Of a stretch of DNA of 64,000 nucleotides, positions 11,771-23,909 are shown piece after piece. The notes under the pieces were generated by a model that searched no databases, was not told the origin of the DNA, and was given only the letters and a program-made list of their open reading frames with translations. Each line of letters starts with the position of its first letter. Position 1 is the first letter of the stretch. The stretch spans positions 6,760,001 to 6,824,000 of the forward strand of contig NC_045698.1 in the NCBI RefSeq assembly GCF_009834535.1. The letters run 5' to 3'. This DNA comes from Camelus ferus. Its lineage: Eukaryota. The position numbers were made by a program, and so were the translations under genes.

Positions 11771-12889
11771 TAATTAGAAAGCTAAAAATCCCCACTGGCC
11801 CAGTAAGAGTACGGCTGGACCTCCTTGGAGCTCACAGTCCCATCGGAATGCTCTGCCCTTGAGCCGGAAACCTCCCAGTCTCAGTGGATCTTGGCCCCAG
11901 AAGGCTTAACCCCAAGGGCCTGAGGCTCCTTTCCCAGTTTGTCTTTGCTGGCCTGTCTGCCCTGTTCCACTTTATTTTATTTTTGCTCTCTCCGGTGTGA
12001 TTTAAAACCCTGAGGTGAACACGTTGGAGAGTTATTTCACAAGAGGTCCGTTCATTCTCCTCCTGTAAAAACAGGGAGACCGGGAGCTGGTCACACTTGG
12101 CATCCGGCCGGGAATCCTTAGAAGGAGGGGATACGTGCAAGGCCGTGGACCCGGGCGTGAGAGTTGCTGAATCAGCCGCGATTTGCAGGGCAGAAGCCTG
12201 GAGGATAACAAAACCCAAAGCAAGGGGAGGAAAAAATATTGCTACGTTTTCAGATGGAATTGCTCTGCTGAGTTAGCGGCACTAAACCCTGGTTACATTC
12301 ATCACTGGACAAGGACAACTGCCCCAAAGATGCACTCCCAGTGTGCTCCCTCCGGGGGTTCGTGTTGACAGAAACTGCTTCCATCCAGGGAGGTGTTTTT
12401 ATTTTGAATGTTCTGGAAGCACGCCATTCATAATCAATTTGTTCACTCTAGATTAGCTACCAGTGACTGAATCAGTCTTTAAAATTCTTTACAAGAGCCA
12501 ATCAGGCACAACTTTGATGCCCTGAGGGGTAGTAATTATTATTCCAGAAAATTTGCCCCAAGCACCCTCTACCCATTAAAAAAAGAAAGAAAGGATGAAA
12601 TCTACTTTTTTACATTTCTTTGAGTTTGACTCTTGAGATGAACTTTTTAAAGATGATGTCAGAGGACTTGATTTTTTTTTTTTTTTTGCTTTATTCTAAA
12701 CAGTCACTGCACATTCTTAGGCTCAGGGGTCTGTAAAAGCCTGTGTACTTTGAGGAGGAGGACTTTGTATTAAAATGGTAATTACCTATTTAGATTCTAA
12801 AAGTATTGGGGTCCATAATATTTGTCTATCTCCCAGAACACAAGCTGATTCCAGCAGGGAAGGCTGATTGGGATTTAACAGTGAGTTGA

Positions 12890-12985
12890 TTCATGATGAG
12901 CATTTTTGCATCTGTATTCGTCAAAGATACTGGCCTGTCATTTTCTTTTTTGGTAGTGTCTTTGTCTTGTTTTGGTATAAGGATG
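12890..12985 (-). mobile_element. Short internal L1 ORF2 (RT-proximal) fragment
   Basis: Minus strand translates ILIPKQDKDTTKKENDRPVSLTNTDAKML. Confidence 0.8.
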
Positions 12986-13084
12986 TCAATATGGAGAATT
13001 ACCTGTCGCCTGTTTTGCCCAGGAATAGTACCACAAGGTAGTGGTAATAGCACACCCGGCCTTCGCCTCTTTCCTTTTATGATA

Positions 13085-13700
13085 TATTTTTTTGTTGTGG
13101 TTACATATATATATATATAACCTAAACTTTACGATTTTAAGTGTACAATTCAATGGCATTAAGTACTTTCACAGTGTTGTATAACCATCAGCACTATCAA
13201 AGAGCTTTTTAATTATCCCAAAGAGAAATTCTGTACCAATTAAGCAGTAACTCCCCACTCCCTCCTCTCTCCAGCCCCTGGTATCCTCTGTTCTGCTTTC
13301 TGTCTCTAGGAATTTGCCTTCTCTAGGTGGACTCATACAGGATTTGTCCTTTTGTGTCTGTCTTCTGTCATCTATAGTGTTAAAGTTTCATGTAGCATGT
13401 GTCAGAATTCCATTCCTTTTTATGGCTGCATAATATTCCACCGTGTGTTTATTACACTTTTTTTAACCCATTTATCTGTTGATGGACACCAGGGTTGTTT
13501 CCACTTTTGGGCGATTGTGAACAATGCTGCTGTGAATATCCAAGTACAGGTGTCTGGTTCCAGCCTCTGTTTTCAGTTCTCCTGGGCATGTACTTGGGAG
13601 TGGAATTGCTGGGTCATGTGGTGATTCTGTGTTTAACTTTCAGAGGAACCACCAGGCTGTTTTGCATAGCAGCTTCACCATTTTACTTTCCCATATGGTA
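13085..13700 (-). mobile_element. L1MB-type 3' end
   Basis: ttttaagtgtacaattcaatggcattaagtac, ccagcccctgg, gtgaacaatgctgctgtgaatat, gggagtggaattgctgggtcat. Confidence 0.85.
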
Positions 13701-13769
13701 GAGTCATTTTTATTCCCAAATAGCTGCTATAAGATTTCATCTCTCTCCCCTCTTTACATCGGATTCAGC

Positions 13770-14012
13770 CACTTGCCCCTGGGAGTGATACAGCAGAAGC
13801 TTTAGGACTGCAGTGTGACTCCCCAGCCTTTGTTCTTTTCCCTCTGCCCACAAGCAGCACATCCCAAACTGCGGCTGCTCCTTCGGGACTCAGAACAGCA
13901 AGAGGGCTGCTGCAGATCCACAGCCATCAGGCAACGGACATGGGAGGGAACTCATGGCCATGAGGACTGAAACGTTGGCCCCATCATCACCGTGGCAAAG
14001 CCATCTGATACG
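13770..14012 (+). mobile_element. MLT1 (ERVL-MaLR) LTR fragment
   Basis: ttttccctctgcc...gcggctgctccttc...; ends with ctgatac. Confidence 0.5.
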
Positions 14013-14147
14013 CCCTTCATTTCCCCTTTCACTCTTGCACTTTCCTATGTTTTTATTTCCTTTCTTTGCCAGATAAATCTACACCTGCTGCTTCCCTCAT
14101 CTGGAATCAGCTCTTGTCCAAACCCCGTGATTGTTTCTTTGATTGGT

Positions 14148-14205
14148 TATTAGGCTGATGTGTATGAAACTGTCATTTTTGCAGGTCAAAAGTGGTCACG
14201 TTTAA
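14148..14205. mobile_element. MADE2-like (Tc1/mariner MITE), partial
   Basis: tattaggctgatgtgtatgaaactgtcatttttgcaggtcaaaagtggtca resembles the left half of MADE2. Confidence 0.55.
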
Positions 14206-14249
14206 CAACAAAAAAACAACCCTCGTTGTCAGCCAGGCATGGATTCCAC

Positions 14250-14600
14250 TGGCTCATCAACATAACTCGTTCAGCCTGGAATTATCTGTACCCTCATTTT
14301 GAAGATGAGGAAACATGAGGCGCAGGCTCATCAAGTTACCCAGCTCATGGGTATGGATGTAGAGTCCAAATCAGGCTTTATGACCCTCTGTTGTTCAACA
14401 AGCTCCTTTCCAGTGCTCCCTCCCCTCCCAAGGTGTTGCTGGAGATCACTTGTGACTGTGTTTCTCTTTACCTGGGGGTTGCGTTCATCAGCGCTCACAG
14501 TCATGTACCTGGAACTTTGTGACGTGTGTGGAATCTATCATTATTATCCCCATTTTACAGATCAAGGAACAGAGGATCAGCTCATCCCTGTGCTTATGGC
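14250..14600 (-). mobile_element. Two MIR fragments
   Basis: cctcattttgaagatgaggaaacatgagg and tattatccccattttacagatcaaggaacagagg. Confidence 0.7.
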
Positions 14601-17600
14601 ATTGCTTAGAAGCTGCTTAAATGACCCAAAGAAGCAGGTGCAGTTGTAGAAGGAGCTGAACGGACCAGGTTACTGGCGTTGGAAGTCAGTGGTTTGCCTT
14701 GTGTATGGACGAGTTTCCAGTCTTTGTAAAGTGTTACACTAATCCACTTAGCCCCCCAGTCTAAAATATGATGCTCAAGGTTTCCTCTTTCCTCCCATAG
14801 AGTCGGCCTCCACATCCACCCTCACCCCGTGCTGTTAAAGACATCATGCCTCCATGATCAAAGACACCGGCCCTTGTTTCAAGAACTTCAAGTATGACAG
14901 CAGACAGGCAGTGGTGAATATACTGGGGAATATTTCTCTGAGCTTTTTGACTATATCTGGTCAAGGCTTTCTGGAAGCCAATTCTCTGGGTTTCAAGTGA
15001 AGTAAGATGCATTAACTTGCAGTCGCAAGCACAGCATTTGCTGTCCACGGGAGTGAGCTTGCGGCCAGAGGGCATTCCGTATATTTAGTAAGACAACATC
15101 CTATCCCATTATTGGCCACTTATTTTTTCCAACCCTTTTCCACCTGCTTATCTTCAAAAGAATCTGAAGTTTCCCCAGTGGTTCTGGAATTTAGGTCATT
15201 CAGAGCACGCTTACCAAGTGCGGGGCCCAGCCTAGCCGTGGGGCCTTAGAGAGTGATAAGAAAGATATCCCAAATTCAAAGTCCACCTGGTTACACGCTA
15301 GCATTTGCTTATATTGCATTACTTGTACAGCTATAGAAAGAAGAGAGTTTAGTTAACAGAGACTGAAGATTTCACTTAAGATTATGCATTCCAACCTCAA
15401 AAACAGAAACAGGGTCACAATGTGTTTTATTCCTCAGGATTGTTGAGGTTTAAGTAAGATGAATCCTTACTCTTCATTTTAAAAATGGACATGTTTTCAG
15501 AGATGTAAGTAGATATTTTATTCAAAATTTTGTTACACTGATGATCTTGTGGAGAAACATTTAAAACAGAAACAAACAGAACACCGGAAGGAGAGAAAGA
15601 AACCCACACGTCATTGATTTGAATATGTTTTAAATTATAGGATAAAATCACCAACCTGACCCCCAACCAGAAGGATTAAGTAGATCCAGATGTCACAGAT
15701 ATGAAGCCAAATGTTTCCGTCACATCTTAAAAACAATCATTATTTTGTCCTGCGAAGGTGTGGAGTGATGCGTCAGATGATCAAATATATCGAGGAGAGA
15801 GAGGAAGGTGCTAGCTTTGCATAGAAAGGCAGGGAGACACAGGCCCTCCAGCTCTCTGAACTTCTGTTGACTCTCCCCAAAAGCTTAGTGTTTTCAGCTT
15901 ATTGAGGCAGATTTTCCCAGTCCCTAGCCTTCTCCCTGAAATGAAGTTTTCAGATGACTGTCTACAATGATTAGGTGGCAAAAGAATAATTTTTTAAAAG
16001 CAGAATATCCCACTGACATTAAGTGTATGTTAATACAATCTGTAATGTGATTCCAAACTCATACCCTAGTAAGACCGCTTTTCAGACATGTGGGTCTCCC
16101 TGCCCCTACATTTGGATTTTTCTCCAATGTGGGTGCCATCTGTCTGTATCATCTGTCATCCCACTGATGGCCAGAGTTGACTTGGGTGATCTGGCTAGCT
16201 TCTTTTCTTTCTTGGAAAATTCTGACAACCCGTCCCTCCTCTCAACCAAAGAGATGTAGGTCTACACGCAGAAAAGTTTTGGAAACTGTATTTCCCAAGG
16301 CTAAAATTAGAATATTTATAATCTGACAAGAATGACAGCACTTAGGTATGTAACGAGGTGTAATATTTAAACTGTCTGAAGGCTCTAGAATGGGTGGTCG
16401 TTAGCCTAAAGAAGGCGGGTAGACATTAAATGTTCACATCTTCCTACCCTTTCCAGGTCCAGATTACCTTAACTTCAAGCAGTTACTACACTGGAATGAG
16501 AGCCTGAGAATTTAAAAGGCAATTTTAATTTGCGAGACTTTTAAAACTGTGGCGTTTATCTTCTAATATTCAAATTGTGAGAGCATTTACATTTTGAGAA
16601 ATCTGTTTACATAAGCACACAGATTTAGCCTTCTCGGTGGAAGTCGCTGTTGCACGGTCACTGAAACCCTGGAGAATTGGAGCACTGAGAAAAAAAAAAC
16701 CTGGAACTTGGGTGCTGAAGGAGTCAAAACAAGGATGGAGAACTGGACACATGCAGCAAGACGCATCTTCTGGTTTGGGGGCACTCATCAAACCCTCTCT
16801 CTGAAATGGAATGGAATACTCCTGTGGGCCCCTTTCTCAGAAGAGCCTGCCTCATTGCCCATCTCCTTGGCTCCTGGCTGAGCAGGGGCACTGCATCTCC
16901 TGGAGGAGCCCCAGGAAGTGGAGGAATGGGGGACAGTGCCTCATCCTGCAGTCAGCAGTCCTCCCTCCTGACCCGTGGGTGTGTGATCCTGCAACCAAGG
17001 CTCCTGGGGCGACAGTGTCTGGCCCCATCTCAAAAAATGCAGAGATGGGGTGGAGGACGATGCCGTACCACTATGGAAGCTAACCCCAGGCTAAATGAGC
17101 GGGACAAACAAATTCGTCAAGGCTTGGGAGGGAGTCCAGACGAGGGCGGCTCTGGAGAGACAAAGCGCAGAGTCTGTTTTGCTTCTACAGTGGAGCAACT
17201 CGTGTCCTGCGCAATCTCCATCAGCGTGATAGCAAGGCAACGTCTCTGGAGGAAATATGTTTCCAGGAAAGCAGACTGTGAAAGTGTTTTCAGAAGTGTC
17301 TGCTTTAGCCCGCCTTATCTTTCATATCACTCTTGGTAATGTTTAAGTACCCAGACAGTCACACCTTAATATTCATCTCGTTAACCAGCATTATCAGAGC
17401 AGAGCTGAATGAGAATTTGGCATCTGAGTAAAGAAGCCACAGGAGAATTGTATATTTACAGGTTTTTTCCCAAATATTTGAAATCACTCCCACTCTCCCT
17501 CTTTCCACCTACAGGAATACACACCACGATTCAGGGAGAAGGCATCTGAACTTGAGATGAACAGAAATTACACGATTCCTCACTGTCCCCCCCAAAGCAG

Positions 17601-18634
17601 GAGGTATCAACACCTCCAGAACACAGCGGCTCTTCCCAGAGCTGGCCACCCGAGAGCACTGTTAGCGAGGAACCATCCCGCCTAGTGGGATGGGGGGAAA
17701 TGAAACCGCGGGAAGATGGAGGCTGTTATTCGGCTCTGGAGATGAAAGTATCAGACCTGCGGGAAGCGGAGGAGCAGCCTCAGAGCCCTCCCACACCTGG
17801 GAGGACGAACGCTGCCCTGCGTCTTCTAAAGCAAAGACCTCAGATTGGTACAAACAGGCCTGCATATCCTGGATGTGTAAACTGATATTTGAATCCTCTT
17901 TATTGGTGACTGGCAAATCCAAACCTAAACACATTTGCTGTCATCACATGTGAACTACAAGCTGTAGCCAAAATGAGGACCATCTTTTGCTGCACTAGAA
18001 GCTAAAGGATTCTGAAGTTGTTTTAGAAATATATGTATATCTCCTAGCTTCCAACATCATCAGCCAGATAGAAAATGCATTTGTGACTTCAAGCAGATGG
18101 GAGACACCCCCAGCCCACTCGCCTACTGATGTTGCTTCATTGGGAAGACATGCAATGTGATAGGAGTTCCAAATTGCCAGCATCAGTTGAAAGGGTCCCA
18201 AAGCTGAGCACAGAAGTGCATAATGAGATATTTCTGCAAGCTATTGTCTGTTCAGTGCGTCCAGTTAGGGGAAACAGAAAAATGAGGGTTCAGCCCTGGA
18301 TTCTTCGTCCTCTTCCATCTATCTGTCTTTTTGCCAGGTGATGGGACACGTCACCATGGCACCTGGGATCTTGGCGGCATGGAGAAGGTGAACCTGTTTA
18401 CACGGACAGAGAAGGCCAGGCTGTCCTCGGCTTCCTCTCTGATCTGATGGGGAAAAATGGTTCTATTGTCTGTGACTCTAACAAGCAGAGCAGAAATAAT
18501 ATCCAGGTAGATGAGAAATGAGCAGGTGGCCATCTCAGTCAGGACAAATCCTCTGAGACGGGACGTCAGACACACGGCGTCTCCACGACATCCATGCCAC
18601 CTTCTGACACCACACGTTCAAACATGTGCTTTCA

Positions 18635-18805
18635 TTTTCCTTTGAACTTTTTATTTGGAAATACTTGTAGATTCACATGCTGTTGTAAGAAACAATATGG
18701 AAAGGTCCCCCCACCACTTACCCAGCGTTCCCCAACTAGGTGACATCTTGCAAGAAGATGGAATAACGTCACAGCGAGAAAACTGACACTGATGTCATCC
18801 ACCCA
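18635..18805 (-). mobile_element. L1MC-type 3' end downstream of TAS2R1
   Basis: aactttttatttggaaatacttgtagattcacatgctgttgtaagaaacaat...ggtgacatcttgcaa. Confidence 0.75.
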
Positions 18806-19002
18806 CATGTGTTATGCTTTGAAAATCATTGTAACCCTTTGACAAAGGAACCAATCCACAAAAATGTCTCAGTTTGGACAAACAGTCTTTAGCTGATGTT
18901 CTGTGTATTTATGGACAGGCCTCTTTGTTTGGCTGGGGGAGGCACGGCAGGCACTCTTACCTCACTGAATGGCCAATTCTTTGAAGGGATCAAAGTTCTC
19001 TC

Positions 19003-19890
19003 TCACTGACGGCACTTTCTATGCAGGAGAAACTTCTCCGCATTTTGTTTCAGTTTAGGATTTCCTAAAATTAAGATAATAGAGTGTCCGGAGTGGCAGG
19101 AACCAACCAGCGAGATGCAGAACAGAAATCTGAGGCTTGTAAGTTTGAAAACTTGAGAAAAGAGCAAAAGAACCATCAGGTAGTGGCAGAGGTAGAGGAC
19201 CAGGAAGGCGAAGATGGACAGGAGGGACCTGACGCGCGCACGGGGGCAAGGGCCTGCGGCTGTGTTTCTCATCTGCCAGGTGTGTCTCCCCAGGGAGAAC
19301 AGCAAGAGCAGGGCAGAAACGAGGAAGATGAGTGATGGCAAGGAGAGCTCAGCGAAGAGAAGGGTGAACCGCAAAGTAGCGATGTCTTCGCTTTCAGCTG
19401 TTGCATTTTGAGAGGAAAAGCCCAGGAGGTCTTCGGAAAAGATCCATGGCTGTTTGCTGTGGAAGACACAGGTGCTAGATGCATGTAGGAGGGACCCCAG
19501 AATCAGCCAAGGAACCAGCTTGGAGATCTTCAGCTTCAACCAGAGGAAGAGAGGGTGAGCGATCCTGGCAATCTTGATGCAGTAGAAGACGCTGAGCCAT
19601 GTGGCAAACCACAGCCCCAATTCATTTACAAAGGAGAGAATTACAAACTTCCCCACAAACTGACGGATGTCAATCAAGTTAAAAACAGCCAGATTAAGGT
19701 AGAAGATGGCCAGCTCTAGACAGATCCTGGACATCGCCAGGCAGGAAACAAGGGCCTCCAACGGAATCATCTTTCTGTGCTTGAGCAAGCCCGTGCCGTG
19801 CACAACCACAATGATGGCATTTACAAAAAGCCCAGTGAGAAGCTGTATCGCTGTCAAGAGAAGATGGCTAATGAGCTGTGACTCCAGCAT
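19003..19890 (-). CDS. TAS2R1: Taste receptor type 2 member 1 (bitter taste GPCR), 295 aa, intact ORF
   Basis: MLES start, KHRKM, SCLAMSRI, LWFATWLSVFYCIKIA, HPLFLWLK, ISKLVPWLILGSL, SQNAT glycosylation site, LLFSLGRHT.QMRNT, GHSIILILGNPKLKQNA.KFLLH. Colinear with human TAS2R1 as recalled. Confidence 0.97.
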   Translation of the reverse strand: MLESQLISHLLLTAIQLLTGLFVNAIIVVVHGTGLLKHRKMIPLEALVSCLAMSRICLELAIFYLNLAVFNLIDIRQFVGKFVILSFVNELGLWFATWLSVFYCIKIARIAHPLFLWLKLKISKLVPWLILGSLLHASSTCVFHSKQPWIFSEDLLGFSSQNATAESEDIATLRFTLLFAELSLPSLIFLVSALLLLFSLGRHTWQMRNTAAGPCPRARVRSLLSIFAFLVLYLCHYLMVLLLFSQVFKLTSLRFLFCISLVGSCHSGHSIILILGNPKLKQNAEKFLLHRKCRQ

Positions 19891-20834
19891 TCTGAGAAGA
19901 AAAAAATCAGTTACTTAAAAAAAAAAAAAAAGAGGTAGGTATAGACTTGGGGATAGTTTGGATTATTCAAGTTTTTTGTTTTTCTTCAACGAGAGTAGGA
20001 CCCCTTTGGGGGACATGACGCTGACAAGAAAGGCAGTGAGGTAGGAATGTGGGGGACATCTGTCTGTATCACCGTTTTCTCAGTTGGTTCCTGGCAGTCA
20101 AATACGAAAGAGATACTCTAGCAACAATTTGCTTCTTAATGATGGTGTTTGCATTTTCCAGGTCTACTCAGCTTTCAGGTTAATCACAAGCAAATGGTGA
20201 AATCAGACACCCTCAGGGGTGGGGGCTCAGGCCCCTCCACTACACAATCAGTGGAAGCCCCTCCATCTGTCACCTCCACTATGAATACTTCATTGTGCCT
20301 ATAGGTGTGTTTCTACTTAACATTTATGAGGCATTCTTTACAGAAAACTGTTTTGAAACCATCATTTCTGCTCTAATGACACAGTACAATCAGCAATGTA
20401 ATAGCCCTAAGTAGTTGTTTTCCAACACGCTGTGGGTGAACCGTTCAGGACCACCTAGAATTTAAAACAGTCATATGATAAAATACAAAGCATTACAAAA
20501 TATAAATGCAGAATAATTAGGCTTACACGCATGTGTGCACAAGAGGTCAAAAGCTCAAAGGAAGGTGGTATACAAGAAAACCAGCAGTCATTCAACACCA
20601 CTCCCACCGGTAACCAGCCCCCTGCGGGATAATACAGGGCTTCAGAACTTTTCCGTTATTTTTTCAGAACTATGATAATTTTATGATGTGAGCTAGTTGT
20701 CCCGGAGGTGGAAATGTAATGATAAAAGAGGACATGATTCAATTTGTTGTTATAACTATCTAGCAGACTATTTCTGGAAAAATGAAATTAGCGTTTATTA
20801 GAATATTTTCTGTGCGAGGAGTCAGATGCTAAAT

Positions 20835-21048
20835 CAGGTTTTCTCAACCTCGACACTGCTGACATTTGGGGTTGGTTATTTATTGGCGGTTGCTGCCCTG
20901 CACCATGTGGGATGTCTGCCAGCACCCCCCACCTCTACCCCAGATGCCAGCAGGAGACCCCCCCGCCCCAAGTGTGACGACCCCAAATCCTCCAGACGTT
21001 GCAGAATGTTCCCTGAGCGGCAAAACCGCCCCCTGTGGAGCGTCACTG
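20835..21048 (-). mobile_element. MER20
   Basis: caggttttctcaacctcgacactgctgacatttgggg...ccagacgttgcagaatgttccctgagcggcaaaaccgccccc...cactg. Confidence 0.8.
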
Positions 21049-21609
21049 TCTTGACACTGTGGGGACAAAGTTGGGTAAAGCAGTTTCTGTCCCCAAGGCA
21101 TTCAGAATCTCAAGCCTCCTTGTACAATGTGCCATAAAACTAAATTGGTCCTTTGGAAAACTCACCACCAGAGCACAAGGCGGGGGCAGAGATTATTAAA
21201 CATTTGTGGAGTTGGAGCCTTTCCAACCTGCCACTTGATCGTAACGGTCCCAGCAGAGCCCCCAAGGGGCACGTGTCCTTATGGTCCCTGTTGCCTCGTC
21301 CAAAGGTGTCATAAAGGGCACTGAGGATGAATCTTACTTTGAGAAAACTGGAAGGGAAACCGTACGAAACCAGTAGCGCTGACAGTAACTATCCGGGTTA
21401 CTTTCTCATCCTCTGAACGTGGAGTGTCTGCGCCACGTAGGTCCCTACCTTGTTCTTTGTGCCACAACTTCAATGCGACGTCGGAACAGCCAGGAACATC
21501 TTCAAGGAGGCGTGGAGGGAGGCAGTTCTTGAGTGGATCTGATCAAAACAACCCCAGCTTCAAGCATGACAATCTAACTACACCTCCTTCTTCTCCCTCG
21601 GGGGAAGGA

Positions 21610-21790
21610 AAAAATGACTGAGAACTTGCCTATTTTGCGTATTTTACGCATCCGTGGTTTCTCAGTCCGCCCTCCGTCACCGCACGGGTCACTCCGCCTG
21701 CGGGTGCAGGTGCCCGCCTGCGCCTCGCAGCTCCGCTCTGGGAGGGCGTACCCGGGCCTTCTTCTCATCCTCGGAGTTCATTCACCCTTT
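21610..21790. promoter_or_regulatory. Small CpG-rich patch ~1.8 kb upstream of TAS2R1 (candidate regulatory element)
   Basis: Dense CpGs and GC-box-like ccgccc sites; function is inferred. Confidence 0.35.
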
Positions 21791-23909
21791 GGGCGTTGGG
21801 CAGGTTGTAGCTTTGCTAAGTAGACCCAAACTCAATTAGGTAAGTGGCTTCATAGCAAAGGAAGGAGAAAGAAATATTACAAAGTCACTTTGAAAGACAG
21901 CTTTTGTTTTCTAACCTCTGTTCCTAGAGACATCGGGTCACAGAACCGGCATCTGCCTCCTCCCTGGCGCCCCAGTGTTGCCATGACGTCAACATGGTGC
22001 CTGGTCCTCGCACTTCAGTGTTGCCAAACAGTCATGGTATCCCTGAAGGGAAAACTGGGGAAAAAAATTCTATTCCGAGTCTACAACAGCAACGTAGTCC
22101 TTCAGCACCAACAGGGAGCTCACGGCAATCACACACCACACTCCAAAGTCTTAAAGGAAATAGCTGTGTCCAATTCTACTTATTAACATGCTGTTTGTCT
22201 TTTGGATTCAAGCACCTTGATTCTTGAGTATTCTAGGTCAAATATTCTATTATAACTTTTGTCAGAGCTAGCTTGGGGAGGAGAAGCAATCCTTCCTAGA
22301 AAACGTGACTTCATGTAGAACAGGTCTTCTGATGTGGGAACCCGTGGAGTAAAAGATAAAAACTCATGAGGCTTACGCTACTTTTTTTTCATTAAACAAT
22401 TTCCATCCCCATTCTCTTCAGTGAGCACACACAAAGGCTGCTGAAGGCACATTGTTCTTGGACAAGTGCCACCAGCTCCCTGAGACGTGCACTTCTTACA
22501 TGGAAGGACGGCAAAAGGAGACGTCTGTCCCTAGGGGCGCAGCAGTCGTGTGGCCCCTGAACCAATGCCCCGTTCAGCCCTGGGGGCGGCTGCATTTCAG
22601 TGCTGCTGGGAAGACCTCTGAGGTCACGTGGTCCAGCCTCCCCCTTAGGTTCTACCACGTCCATCAAGATAAGGATGGAGGTTGGTCTGCTCTTGCGCTG
22701 AGTGAGGGTGAGCTAAGTATTTCAATGAGCAACACAACAAACCAAACAGGGGAAAATGGTCCTGCATAGAGAAGCTCTTTGTGTCTTTTAGGCCATTTGT
22801 TTTAGTGAGAAAGACACACCAGAGAATTTCTGACTCTGAGATGAAAAACGTACAAGTCTGGCCTCACCTGTCAGTCACCAGCTCGGAATGGTGACAGTTT
22901 TATATGGACAAATGGCTCGGAACAGATGGAACAAATCCTGATGTGGAGAAATTCACATGATGATTACCCCGTATTACCCTGATTAAATCTGCTCGCTGGC
23001 ACTCATCTGTAATGAGCAGTCATTAAAGGAGACAATACCAAATATTCTTGGGGTAACTGACAGGCGGAAAGAGTTGCTTATTTATATTCAAATCACTCAG
23101 CTCTTTCAAAGAAAGTGCGATTTTTTTTCCACATGCCGTTAGGTTGACATTGGCAAGCTTCTCACCAGGTAGAAGGCTATAATGATCATCTTTCCGCTTT
23201 CCAGCGGAACGCAGACATTTACTTTGGGATTAGAGTCATTGTGAAAGTGAGCGATCGTTTTAATACCTTCCCCAAGTGGGTCTTCCCACTTCATTATCAA
23301 GGGACCAATTCCTGCTTTAAGGAACGTGCATCTGTATTAACATTATTGTATATTTAATAAGATCGTTCAAATAAGAGAGAAATAGACTCTGGGCACACGA
23401 ATGCAGACATCCTTTCTGAACCTTTCCTGAGCATCGCTCAACCCTTGAAAAGCCTATATGGAATTTATTCCATCTAAAATTCACAGCATTTTGGCAAAAA
23501 AGCTCCAGACTCTTTCAGACTAATAATTCTTTAAATCCATTCATTTGCTTCTCTCCACTTGAATTTGCGGTTGATCTTTGGGCTAAAATGTTTGCCTTTA
23601 ACATTCAGGTCATTCTCAAATGCTTGTTCCTCCTCGTCTCTGTTCTCCCTGGTAATATATTTCTGTGCTTTTCCTTACTCCTCTCAGTGTTTGGGAATGC
23701 ACTTGCATTGCAGCAAATAGAATAATGGAGCAGTGTAATACACTGAGTTTAAGGCTTTCAAGTAAAGAACTCGAAGTGCTTTACAAGCAAGAACCCCTTG
23801 TTAGTTACAACCAGGAAAGAGATGCTGCACTTAACATCGCACGAATAATCTCTGGTTCTCCCAGTTTTATCTTCTGCTCCAGACTGAGCTGTGGAATGTC
23901 AACTCCTGC

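Noticed and set aside
16806..17339. 177-aa plus ORF
   Set aside because: No recognisable domain, codon bias or splice context.
19055..19918. Short ORFs overlapping TAS2R1
   Set aside because: Alternative-frame or antisense shadows of the real CDS.
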